Source: Phoronis australis (taxonomy: Eukaryota; Animalia; Phoronida). Taken from it: a DNA stretch of 64,000 bases. Below are positions 1-11,857 of this stretch, piece by piece. Under the pieces are notes generated by a model. It saw only the letters and a list, made by a program, of their open reading frames with translations, was not told where the DNA came from and ran no database searches. Within the stretch, counting starts at the first letter, position 1. Each line of letters begins with the position of its first letter. The stretch spans positions 141,321 through 205,320 of the forward strand of contig NMRA01000491.1 in assembly GCA_002633005.1 (NCBI GenBank), given 5' to 3'. The translations under genes were made by a program, and so were the position numbers.

Positions 1-317
1 GTTTCTTGGTTCCCTTTCGATATTTTGTTCTCTGGCTCGTATTTATTTTCGAGTACGATTTCAAGCACACTGCCATACCAAACTTGAAATTTGAGCATAG
101 ACTCCGAATTTTTACTCAAAATCGTACTCGAAATATAGATGAGATACACTTCAGTTCGAGTACACTCGAAAACTGAGTACGTGCTCGAAATTTCGAGTAC
201 AGATTTTTCGAGTATGACATTGAATACACCAAAGCTGAGTCTGTACTCGAGTTGAGTATGAAGTGTGAGTTTGAGCATGATTCGAGTCTGAGTACGGAGA
301 TTGGAGACCGGGCCCTG
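1..317. mobile_element. Terminal part of a probable non-autonomous DNA transposon (hAT-like end)
   Basis: Dense degenerate tactcga/tcgagta motifs ending at ggagaccgggccctg (reverse complement CAGGGCCCGGTCTCC, a CAGGG-type terminus). The other end is outside the window. Confidence 0.4.
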
Positions 318-528
318 GTTCGTTAACGCACGCAATAGGAAACACAGACCTTGGGTGGGAAGGAAGGACCCAAAATATGGGACAAGGCAAAAGAAATAGA
401 TAGGACAGGATTCTAATGGGAAGGACAAACCTTTTTAGAATAAAAGACTTCCTCATGATTATGATCCTAATCAGTCTTCTCCACAACAGAAAAAAAACTT
501 AAACCCGATGGGAATTATAAAATTCATG

Positions 529-1757
529 TACCATATTCGCCCTAATAAGCGCCATGAGAGCGCTTAGAAATTTCACTTCAGGAAGGGGGAGTTTATTATA
601 AGCCCAAAAGTGGTTGAAACCCGGTCTCCAAAACAGGTGAAATCGTATATATTCATCAAATTTACACTCTGTGACGCATCTGAAGTTCAAATCTGCGCTA
701 GATCGTACTCCGCAACACGAAAAAAATCTCTGGACGAACATTCCACACATGTTGTCACGTGACGTTTGTTTTGAAGTTGATCTGCATATTGTGTGAGAGA
801 GCGAGCGTATGCATGTCATCAGAGTTTCTTTCCCAGAGTAAACGCGATGTAACGATCTAGGTAAGTAACTAAGGAAATTAACACCAGCAGTAAAACAGAA
901 CATGTTTTATTTAGCACTTGTTGATCTCATCTGCTAAAAAACGTTCGAGACTTGTTTCGGTAAGGCCGACATCATTGAGTCACCGGGTGACTGAATGCGT
1001 GACAGTCTAACAGTTATTTTTCGAGAGATTCGGGAAATGTAAGGGTGCGGAAATGTTCACTATCAGTGGGTCATTTTGACTTTAAAAACACCAATTACGA
1101 CTAATTTAATAATTCCTCCCAACAATAAGCAAACGTTTTTACAGTATTAGAAACTTTCCAAAATAAGTGCTAGTATTTATATATTATTGATGCTACGCTA
1201 CCCGTTTCATGAATAAATTGTTACCGAAGACTAATCTTCGATGACAGGTACTTGAATGTAGCGCACGCTTCCTGGCCACGTGCTTTTAATAAACGTCAAG
1301 TTTTTATTAGTCTTCGATTCACGGTTTTCTTGTATATACAAAGAACTTTGGATTCCTGTTGAGGGAGATCTGTAAGGGAACAACACAATACAATGCCTTT
1401 GATAATTACGCTGGTTCTGTTGTGAAAGGCCAGACCATAATAGGACACGTTCCATGCAAGATCAGCAAAACTTGCATTCTTTTTGAAGCATGACAAAAAT
1501 TTGAAGTGTATAGTCACGGCTAAATACCGACATAGCGGCGAGGCTCGTGGTCTACAAATTCCACATACAATGATTTTTTCAGAACTGTCGGATCTTATTG
1601 ATAAATTGAAGACGTTACTGGAGAATTTTAGAACTGTAGGTGAGGCATTTTTTGCATGTACATGGCGTTCATGGACCGAGCGCTTATTTAAGCAAAGTCT
1701 GAAAATGCGTGGGGGGCGCTTATAGGGGCATGGGCGCTTATTACGGTGAATACGGTA
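529..1757. mobile_element. Non-autonomous Tc1/mariner-pogo-type element (MITE), about 1.2 kb
   Basis: Left end TA-CCATATTCGCCCTAATAAGCGCC (529-553) matches the reverse complement of the right end, TA-CCGTATTCACCGTAATAAGCGCC, with 3 mismatches. TA flanks both ends. No transposase ORF. Confidence 0.8.
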
Positions 1758-2146
1758 TGTGCTTGAAAATCCATATTTTGGTTTAGAATAAATGCATTGA
1801 ACCGAGATCAAATGACCCAACACCAAGGAATTTCCTGACCAGGTTTGAAACTGTGCCCTTTGGACGCATCTAACTAATAATAACAACACAAATAAAACTG
1901 GTCCCTTGGCATTGCATGCATTTGATGCCAGATATTACAAAATTAGGACATGATTCCTTTATCTGAAAATACCACATGTGGAGATAATCTGACCGAATCT
2001 TAATAAGATGAGACACTTTAATGTTGACTAAATACCAAGCAAACGAAAACCTTCAGATAAATGAGCCACGAGGGGGTTCAAAATGAGAATCACAAAAATT
2101 GGAGGTTTGCGATAATGCAAATTCAAGGAAACAAGATAGTTTAAAT

Positions 2147-2442
2147 ATAGAATGCAGTTGAAAACTCAACAAAATAGAATGCACTTGAAAACTCAACAAA
2201 ATAGAATGCAGTTGAAAACTCAACAAAATAGAATGCAGTTGAAAACTCAACGAAATAGAATGCAGATGAAAACTCAACAAAATAGAATGCAGATGAAAAC
2301 TCAACAAAACAGAATGCAGTTGAAAACTCAACAAAATAGAATGCAGATGAAAACTCAACAAAATAGAATGCAGATGAAAACTCAACAAAATAGAATGCAG
2401 TTGAAAACTCAATGAAATAGAATGCAGATGAAAACTCAACAA
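2147..2442. repeat. 27-bp minisatellite (atagaatgcagttgaaaactcaacaaa), about 11 copies
   Basis: Visible tandem array that explains ORFs 2152..2415 and 2053..2574. One further unit is at about 5319-5344. Confidence 0.95.
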
Positions 2443-3621
2443 ATGAAAGCGCTCTGAGGAGCGAAACTTGGCGAAATTAACCAAAAAGATGACCATAAAG
2501 ATGATGACGAAGATGACGAATATGACGACGATGGTGGCAATGATGATCAAAAGAAGTAATAATAACATACACATGACGAACGTAGAAGTCCGAAATCAGT
2601 AAGACAAAGGCTACAGTCTTGAGCGACACTTGGCGAAATTAACATAAAAGACAATGACGGAGATGATGACGAAGATGATGACGAAGATGATGACGATGAT
2701 GACGAATATGAAGATGGTGGTGGCGATGATGAAAAACATCACAACATTCATATGACGAACTTAGATGTAATAAATCAATAAGAAATAAGCTACAGTCTAG
2801 TTCAATAGAAGATAAACCAACATCAATGCAGCAAGAGCGCTCAACAAAGGAACAGCGTTATCAGAAAATCTCAAATAACTCAAAAAGTAGACGTCCTAGC
2901 GAAAAATGGAAAACATCCTCTGAAAGCCCGTTCAAAATTCTATCTAAACTTATGGCATCGCCTAATTCCGTAAATTTTTCTAAAAAATGAAATTTTGCGT
3001 TTTTTTAACAAATTCAAAGTCAAATAACTTGAAAACGGTAAGTCTGAGAAAAAAATTGTTACAGGCCATTTGAAAGACTATACTTCAAAGAATTCACATG
3101 CAAAAAATCACGTCTTTTTCTCTTCCCGTTTAAAAACGCACCCCAGCACGACTGAAAATGGGTCAACATGCGCCAGATCCGCCATGTTGAAAGCAACTTC
3201 CGGTTTTTTGGCTTTGTATAATAGCATGTCATAAGAAACTAATACCTGTAAAAGTTCGAAGGAATTGGTCGTACAATGCGCCCTCTACAGGAGAAAACGT
3301 TTTCAGGCCAAAATCGAGGTGCGCATGCGCGATCGCCGATATTTCCGCCATCTTTAACCGGAAGTAAACAATTTCCGGTATACTTGTAGAAAACTTACGG
3401 TCCATTTTCTGTGCCAATTCTTAGCCTTTTACGTAAAAAATTGTAGCCTCCAGAAGCATTTGAACCTTTAAATGAAAACAAAATGGCCGCCACAGCCGCC
3501 ATCTTGGATCCGATTTTGACGAAAAACAATAGGCTTCCAGTACTTCCGAAAGTACGTGTTGTGTGTAAATTTTGTGATGATCGGACGAAAATTGCGACCT
3601 GTATCGTGCGAACAAAAAAAA

Positions 3622-5261
3622 AATGAAAGCGCTCTGAGGAGCGAAACTTGGCGGAATTAATCGAAAAGACGACGATGAGGGAGACGACGATAATCATGAC
3701 GATCAAGACGATAACATTCATGTGACTAGCGAAGAAATCAAATAGAGAGCATACAATCAACTACAATAAAGAACAATAGATGGCGCAACATGGCGGACGA
3801 GCCATGTCTTTTCCCACATTCTAAAATAGGTGGCGCTATGTGACAGTCTGCAAAGCAAAGTTATGTTTAAAATAAGTATTTGGCCTGAAATTGTACAGCC
3901 TACAGAGCGCTATTCAGCCACAGTAGGACAGTGCTGGCTGGGTCAGTCTGGGTCAACTAGGCATAACCAAAACAAAGTGAACTGAAAGCCAGCCAGCTGC
4001 GTGCATACGTGACCGAAGGAACAACAGTATACGAAAATCTCGAATAANNNNNNNNNNNNNNNNNNNNNNNNNNNNNNNNNNNNNNNNNNNNNNNNNNNNN
4101 NNNNNNNNNNNNNNNNNNNNNNNNNNNNNNNNNNNNNNNNNNNNNNNNNNNNNNNNNNNNNNNNNNNNNNNNNNNNNNNNNNNNNNNNNNNNNNNNNNNN
4201 NNNNNNNNNNNNNNNNNNNNNNNNNNNNNNNNNNNNNNNNNNNNNNNNNNNNNNNNNNNNNNNNNNNNNNNNNNNNNNNNNNNNNNNNNNNNNNNNNNNN
4301 NNNNNNNNNNNNNNNNNNNNNNNNNNNNNNNNNNNNNNNNNNNNNNNNNNNNNNNNNNNNNNNNNNNNNNNNNNNNNNNNNNNNNNNNNNNNNNNNNNNN
4401 NNNNNNNNNNNNNNNNNNNNNNNNNNNNNNNNNNNNNNNNNNNNNNNNNNNNNNNNNNNNNNNNNNNNNNNNNNNNNNNNNNNNNNNNNNNNNNNNNNNN
4501 NNNNNNNNNNNNNNNNNNNNNNNNNNNNNNNNNNNNNNNNNNNNNNNNNNNNNNNNNNNNNNNNNNNNNNNNNNNNNNNNNNNNNNNNNNNNNNNNNNNN
4601 NNNAAAAATTTTTCGAGAAAATTGAAAATTTGCCGGTTTTTTTTGAAATTCAAAGTCAAATAACTCGAAAACGGTAAGTCTGAGAAATACGCTCTCGCAG
4701 ACTTTTTGAAAGGCCATACTTCAAGGAATCCACATGCAAAAATTCACGTCATTTGCTATTCCCATAAAAAATGCGACACCAGAGCGATTGAAACCATGTG
4801 AACATGCCCCACAGCCGCCATCTTGAAGGTGACTTCCGGTTCAATAATTTTTTATAAAAGCTTATTAAACTCAACAAACACGTGACCAGTTTGAAAGTGT
4901 TTGGTTTGCAATTGCGCTCTCTACAGGAGAAAACGTTTTTAGCCATATTTCGGGGTGCGCATGCGCCAATTCGAATATTTCCGCCATCTTTAACCGGAAG
5001 TCAACGATTTTCTGCACAATTATAGCACATGCCTTCTAGTATGTTCCTACCGATTTTCATATACGTCGAAAAATACGGCCTCCACGAGCATTTGATTGTG
5101 AAATTGGATACAAAATGGCCGCCACGTCCGCCATTTTGTATCCGATCATGACCAAAAACAATAGGCTTCCAGCACTTTCCGATCTACACGTCGTGTGCAA
5201 ATTTCGTGAAAATCGGACGAAAATTGCGACCTGTAGAGAATTCGAAGAATTCCGCCAAGTA
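3622..5261 (-). mobile_element. HINE/DINE-1-like element, subfamily B, nested in the poly-A tract of copy A (spans the N gap)
   Basis: Both ends carry the variant subTIR acttggcGGaatt (3646-3658) / aattCCgccaagt (5248-5260). Copy A sequence resumes at 5262. Confidence 0.7.
4048..4603. other. Assembly gap
   Basis: Run of N. Confidence 1.
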
Positions 5262-5428
5262 AAAAACCAAACTTAGTGTCAGAGCAATATACTTGGCGAA
5301 ATTTATTTCCCCAAGTAAATAGAATGCAGTTGAAAACTCAACAAGGAAGTGGAAGGCATTAAACCTGCGCAGAAATGCAGATTCTGCACTCGAATACTAC
5401 CACCAAGACATGAGGGTTACAAGCTACG

Positions 5429-5535
5429 ATAAGTCACTTACAGGGGTCTCTGGGTTTTGAGAACCAGTTTGAAGCCAGTTAATCAGTGGAGATAATTGTT
5501 TCTCAAAATGCGTAAGGCCCTGTAAGTGCCTTATT
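5429..5535. mobile_element. Small palindromic MITE (ttttgagaaccagttt...ttctcaaaa family)
   Basis: Inverted arms ataagtcacttacaggg / ccctgtaagtgccttat surround the core ttttgagaacc...ttctcaaaa. Related copies at about 13461, 28079, 33962 and 62905. Confidence 0.65.
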
Positions 5536-6564
5536 TTAACCTGAAAAGCATATTCATGCTTCTTACTTTAGAAGCATAAAGCAAAACCAGGGAGTATAAT
5601 TTTTTTACTGGTTTAAAACAAACTTGAACAAAGCATTGCAAGCTTTTCCGCATATTTTGTTTTTCAGTCTGCTACCAAAACTGGCAAAGCCCTTGAGCTT
5701 AACTGAGCTGAACTGACTATCTGATCAGTTGGACCATACTTGTATTCCCTGTATCAAATCAACATGCCAACATGCCAGTATTTGTTCTATTTATGTCTTA
5801 TGTAACTTAACCAGTGGTATAACATCCAAGAGGTGAAGGCTCATAATGACCTTTACATACCACAAGTTGGATTCAGACAAATGAAGGTGAAATGTACCAT
5901 CTAGGCCATCCCTGGCCCAAAGCACTGCACAGCTATCAATCATAAACACTCTCTCATCTATAAATATGATGAATCTCAAGCCATCCATAACCATCAGGTT
6001 AAAGTCCCCAGCAGATAAATTCATTATGACCAGTTTATGATCTCCCAAGGCATTTTATTGCCCTATGATATATGACTAGCCATCCTACAAGTTGTTGGAT
6101 CTAACCCAGATGTGTGCAAGACAAATCTTCATTTTAACAAGCAGGAAGAAGCACAATTCTAGTGAGCTAGCACAAAAATGACCATTTTCTGAGGTAGCAG
6201 GGACATACTGAATTAGCAGTAATGGCAATCTGAGTATTGGTGGACAATGCCCAATGCCATGCACAATTCAGAAATGAGTTTGGATGGAGATTGCAGGTAG
6301 TAAGACTTTGATCACTACGTTTTTTTATAAATGACATGTATAGGTGACCATCAAGCCATGACTGATGTCGGGTGTCTTGTTCCCATGATTCGTACAAAAA
6401 ATCCTACCATAGCAAAATGCCAGTAAAAGAAAGAAAGAACGTTCTGTCTAGGTCAACTTGGCCCACCTTGGGCACCAGAATTTGAAACTGGATCAAGTGA
6501 AAGGAGCTTTTCGAGCTAATTCACAATGTCAGAAATAATGGAAACTTAAGCAAAAATGTTGTTC

Positions 6565-6665
6565 TATGGTATGTGCACTGCAAACTATGATAGTTTTTGT
6601 GATATGTACACTGTAAACTATGGTAGTTTTTATGGTATGTACACTGCAAACGATGATAGTTTTTA
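6565..6665. repeat. About 33-bp tandem repeat, about 3 copies
   Basis: tatggtatgtacactgcaaactatgatagtttt-like units. Confidence 0.8.
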
Positions 6666-6860
6666 TTTTAGAGGAAAAATTTAACAAAATAGAATAAAGT
6701 CGTCCCAGATTACACAACGACAATCGAATCTCGCTGTATTCACCCATACTGTCATAAACATCCATCAGTCATCTGCTGCCTGCAGTTTCATGTGTTATTT
6801 GTTGTTGTCTGATTCATTACAAGACTTTCTCGCGGTTGCATTATTTCGTTCGTCCTTCCA

Positions 6861-6975
6861 ATGCCAACGAAGTATTACTGCTGTGGTATGGGCTGCAACT
6901 CCGACGTGAGAAAGTTTGATAAACTGGACAAATACCAGTGGATGCGTGATCCGAAATTCTTCGCCCTCCCGACAT
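6861..6975 (+). pseudogene. THAP zinc-finger-like N-terminal relic, probably transposon-derived
   Basis: MPTKYYCCGMGCNSDVRK...PKFFALP resembles the THAP start pattern (M-x-C-x2/4-C-N...F-x2-P). The later W/C/H residues are absent and the ORF runs into a tandem repeat. Confidence 0.4.
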
Positions 6976-7039
6976 CAATGAGACACACAAAAATGTGCCT
7001 CATTTCAAAAACGAGGTCACGCGCTTGTATAACTATTAA

Positions 7040-7245
7040 TCGCAACTATTGGGAAAATTTTATACACATGGCCACAAGACCTACCTGGTGTTAGTCACAA
7101 GCTAGAAAATCTCATACAATAGGCCGCAAGACCTACTTGTTGGTAGTCACAACTATTGGGAAAATCTTGGACACCTGGCCACAAGACCAACGTTTGGGAA
7201 AATCTTATACACCTGGCCACAGGACCTACTTGTTGTTAGTCCCAA
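7040..7245. repeat. Degenerate about 50-bp tandem repeat, about 4 copies
   Basis: Recurring caactattgggaaaatcttatacacctggccacaagacctacttgttg. Confidence 0.75.
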
Positions 7246-8904
7246 TATTTTCAACTACCTTCCCCTAAAAGTTCAATCCATTAGGGGACCTTATGAACAC
7301 TGATGTCTTCATTTGCTGTGTTAGCTTCATTGCTATGTCAAATTTTGGCTTTGATACATAGAGGGAGCGAACTATACCTTGAATTATTAATTATTGTTGA
7401 AAATATAAGGACCTGTTCATGCAATGCACCAAATTCAAGGATATGCTCCCAATTTAATGTCATTGAAATAAGAGCTGTTTCCAAACATATTATATAGTGA
7501 CTGATCGCTGTAGTTTCAACCTGTTAAGTCTCAATCCATTATTAGTCTGGCAAGATACAAGAGATGCCATGTTGGCAAAAATCTTTCACAACCAAAAGTA
7601 GAATATATTAACACCCTCCTGCAGATTTGTATAGCTGGAAGAAGGAACCTTTTATAGTGTTTCAAACTCCCAAAGTGAGCCTTTCTGTGGTGAATAATAA
7701 ATCGGAAAGACATTCATTAGTGGAAAGTTATGTCAGAATTGGAGCCCTTTCTTGGGAAATAGGCTGTAAAAAAGAAAAAAGTCACCCTTCTCACCACCAT
7801 ATCCCGTTACCTATTCTACTGGTATACCCTCAGGGATAGTGCAGATTTTGAATGCGGTCCAAAATCTGTGGTGCACGACTTATGATCCACATCTTGGACA
7901 AAATCCTATAAGGACTGTGACATTACCACAAATGGATCACACACCAGGACATTATTACCAGGATTTGTGCTCAAGAATCAAGGTTAACGCCCACATAGAG
8001 CTTAGACTGATAACAACTAGCCATACATACACAAACCAAACCAAACACCAAGACTTGAGTCAGGTTGGATTTTGACAGAACACATGGCTCACCAATGCCA
8101 AAAATACACTGGTCTTAAGATTGGAAGTAGGTGTCCTAACTAAACTTGGCTACAGGAATCCACATTCTCAGCTAGCTATATTTATCGATTTTGGTGGTCA
8201 CAAATACATCACTATTTGCCACAAACTCTTGCAATACTTCATACCATCAAAATTCTTAGATCGGAGTCATCAGTCTCTCAGCACCATTGAATGTCTACAC
8301 CTAAATGGATTTGGGACTCAGTAGACAAAGGTATACTTTTGCACAGCAACATCCCAACTCAAACATTCCTCTTTCCAAAATGGTATTGTCTCAGAGTCAG
8401 CCGAGGATTTCAGATTTGCAGAGGGACCTGTATGGCCATAGCACCACCCCTTTAATGTGGGTATCAACAATGCAATAATCCTGTAACATTATTCTCTGGT
8501 AACAGACTCAGGGTGGTAGATCACGACTGAACATCTTTAAAGTCGCACCCAAGGTGAAAAGCCCTCTGGGAAAAGACACCTCTCACAAATCTGATTTTGG
8601 TGAGGAGGAATCGATTATCCTCCTTGAATTGACCACAATGTGGCCTTCTCAAAAATCAGTTGCAAATGAGAGTGTGCTACAAGAGGCAGAGATGAAACTT
8701 TAAGTTCAGACAGACAATCAACAGGGGATTAATTTGAAATCCTTCCCAGTAATCTGTCTAACCTGCTCAGCCAGCAATTAACTAGATCTGTGGTTACCAA
8801 AGAGACCTCATAAAAAACTATTAAAACAAGAAAAATTAGGAAGAGATCCCACTTACTGAAATTTGGCGTTAAGAAATCAAAATGAATAAAAACGACATTT
8901 CAAA

Positions 8905-10127
8905 ATGAAAGCGCTCCGAGGAGCGAACCTTGGCGAAATTAACCAAAAAGATGACAATAAAGATGATGACGAAGATGACGAATATGACGAAGATGGTGGC
9001 GAGGATGAACAAAAGAAGTTAATAACATTCACATGACGAACGTAGGAGTCCGAAATCAGTAAGAAAAAGGCTAGTCTTGAGCGACACTTGGCGAAATTAA
9101 GGAAAAGACGGAGATGATGACGAAGATGATGACGAATATGATGATTTTGGTGGCGATGATGAACAACATCACAACATTCATATGACGAATTTAGATGTCA
9201 TAAATCATTAAGAAATAGGCTGCAGTCTAGTTCAATTGAAGCTAAACCAACCTGAATGCAGCAAGAGCGCTCAACAAAGGAACAGCGTTATCAGAAAATC
9301 TCAAATAACTCAAAAAGTAGACGTCGTAGAGAAAAATGAAAAGCATCTTCTGAAAGCCCGTTCAAAGTTCTATCTAAAGTGATGGTATCGCCTAATTCCG
9401 TAAATTTTTCGAAAAAAATGAAATTTTGCGATTTTTTTAAGAAATTCAAACTCAAATAACTCGAAAACGGTAAGTCTGAGAAAAAAATTGTTACAGGCCA
9501 TTTGAAAGATAATACTTCAAAGAATCTACATGCAAAAAATTACGTCTTTTTCTCTTCCCGTGTAAAATCGCACTCCAGAAGACTGAAAATGGGTCAATAT
9601 GCGCCATATCCGCCATCTTGAATGCAACTTCCGGTTTTTTGGCATTGTATAATAGCATGTTACAAGAAACTAATACCTGTAAAAATTCGAAGGAATTGGT
9701 CTCATAATGCGCCCTCTAGAGGAGAAAACGTTTTTAAGCTAAAATCGAGGTGCGCATGCGCGATCGCCGATATTTCCGCCATCTTTAACCGGAAGTAAAC
9801 AATTTCCGGTATACTTGTAGCAAACTTCCGGTCCATTTACTGTGCCGATTCTTAGCCTTTTACGTAAAAAATTGTAGCCTCCAGAAGCATTTGAACCTTT
9901 AAATGGAAACAAAATGGCCGCCACAGCCGCCATCTTGGATCCGATTTCGACGAAAAACAATAGGCTTCCAGTACTTCCGGAAGTACGTGTTATGTGTAAA
10001 TTTCATGATGATCGGACGAAAATTGCGACCTGTATCGTGCGAACAAACAAAAAAAAGAAAAAAAAAACAAAACAAACAAACATAGTGTCAGAGCAATATA
10101 CTTGGCGAAATTTATTTCGCCAAGTAA
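8905..10127 (-). mobile_element. HINE/DINE-1-like element, uninterrupted copy (about 1.2 kb)
   Basis: Same termini as copy A: aaatgaaagcgctccgaggagcgaaccttggcgaaatt at the left and the hairpin tacttggcgaaatttatttcgccaagta at the right. Internal GATGAC microsatellite. Confidence 0.85.
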
Positions 10128-10487
10128 CAAAATGCAACAACTTAAACAATCGCTCACAGTAAGCGAATAAACCGAAACAATCAAATGATTTCCAATACTT
10201 AAGGCTTCCTGCTAATCACTGATAAGTTGAAATCTCAGTAAGATTAAAACTAAGATTAGAACTAGATGCTGTTCCATGTAGTTAAGCTATACCCACTGGG
10301 ATATTGTAAATGAAGATTTTCCACAAGTGCTCAGTGGTGCAAACCACAATGTGCTATTCCCAGCAATTAAATCTCAAGGCTCTTTCACACTGACGTCATC
10401 ACATCAGAGCATAAAAATGCCGGCCAATAAAAAAAGCTACAATCCCTTCTTGAAAGGAAGTAGTACCGCCTTAACTCATGTTCACAT

Positions 10488-10610
10488 TACAAGTTGCCCT
10501 AGACCAACTTGCCCCAGAACAACTTGCCCTAGAACAACTTGCCCCAGAACAACTTGCCCTAGATCAGCTTGCCCTAGACGGACTTGCCCCCAGACCAACT
10601 TGCCCCAGTT
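10488..10610. repeat. 15-bp tandem repeat (ccagaacaacttgcc), about 8 copies
   Basis: Visible array that generates the repetitive ORFs at 10327-10775. Confidence 0.9.
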
Positions 10611-11746
10611 CAACTGAGCACCTACACCAAACACTGTACCTAAACATCTTACACTCAGTGAAAAATGTGGCACAAAAAGGATTAGACACGCATATGAAGG
10701 TAACTGAACAAGCAGCGGGCAGCTGGTAATTACATACCCTTGTCTGCAGGTTTGCACCAACACTACAACTTGCATTGGAGCAAGGTACCCAAGAACAAGT
10801 TACACTACCTCAATAAGGTGGGGTAAGTTGTCAAACGTGTGTCAACTCAGTGCAAACAGCACCCACCCTACTACTAAATCTAGTGACAACTCGTTCTAGG
10901 AGTAACTTATTCTAGGATAGCTGATAGTGTGGACGGCACTATTTGTATAATAGTAACACCTAATTAAACTCCAGACTGTTGATCAGTCAGAGATGAGGAA
11001 AGCCCCGTTCAGTGTCATCAATAGCTTACAAAGACTTCACAGAACTTGTTTATTCACTGCTTTTGCATTGTTGCGCTCAACAAATACTCGGTAATACAGT
11101 CTTACGATCTGAGTTTTTGTTTCTCTAACATGGCGGCAGTACTATCAAAAATAAGAATAATTGCTGTGGTAACAGAAGGTAACAGCTCATCGATCAAGTG
11201 TTCAGGCAGCTCTACCCCCGCATCACATAAGCTTGACGGAAACCGTCATAGCTGAAGAAATACCCATCACTACCTAAAGTTATATTGTATAAGAACATTT
11301 AAAACAGCACAATATTTCAATACTTTTTAGACTTTTCTTCATATTGTAAATGCCAAATAGGCACTGTTATTTAAGTGTGCTTTCAATTGCTGCAAACTAT
11401 CCATCAATGTAAGAAATTACATTTCATCTCAACTTGTCTTATCCAACCAAGTTTGCCATTGGAACGATTGGAAGTTACTTTGATGCTCTTCGTTGATAGG
11501 GGAAGTGCATGTCGGATGTCGGCCAATACTATATGAAGTGCTGGTTTCATTTTCTTCTATTTTTCACAGCCAGCATGGATTCACCATGCATTACATAACT
11601 ATGTCCATAACCACTAATTGGAAAGACTAAGAGTCCAGCCTGACAGAACAATTTATCTATATCATTAATTCATGTATTGATTTCACGAAGACCCTTCCAA
11701 GAAAAACGCTTAAGAATTTAAGTGTAGTCGGATATTCTTATTGATG

Positions 11747-11857
11747 ATGATACTCCATGTAAGAACAAATCTAGCAAGGTTAAATCAGACATCAAATCAA
11801 ATGATACTCCATGTAAGAACAAATCTAGCAAGGTTAAATCAGACATCAAATCAAATG
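11747..11857. repeat. Perfect 54-bp tandem duplication
   Basis: atgatactccatgtaagaacaaatctagcaaggttaaatcagacatcaaatcaa x2. Confidence 0.95.

Larger units (their letters stand above)
2443..5317 (-). mobile_element. Helentron-associated non-autonomous element (HINE/DINE-1-like), copy A, interrupted by copy B
   Basis: On the minus strand the 5' end is the subTIR acttggggaaat plus an adjacent inverted repeat (5291-5316). The 3' end is the subTIR atttcgccaagt followed by the stem-loop cgctc-ctca-gagcg and T-rich sequence (2443-2477). Internal GAT/GAC microsatellite; inserted in an A/T run with no TSD; near-identical to the copy at 8905-10127. Confidence 0.8.

Noticed and set aside
2053-2574. Repetitive ORFs (MQLKTQQNR and LHSILLSF repeats) and CRISPR-like periodicity
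   Set aside because: This is a head-to-tail 27-bp minisatellite with no unique spacers, in an animal intron. Neither CRISPR nor a gene.
3943-4717. Long ORFs of 238 and 254 aa
   Set aside because: Artefacts of translating the N gap.
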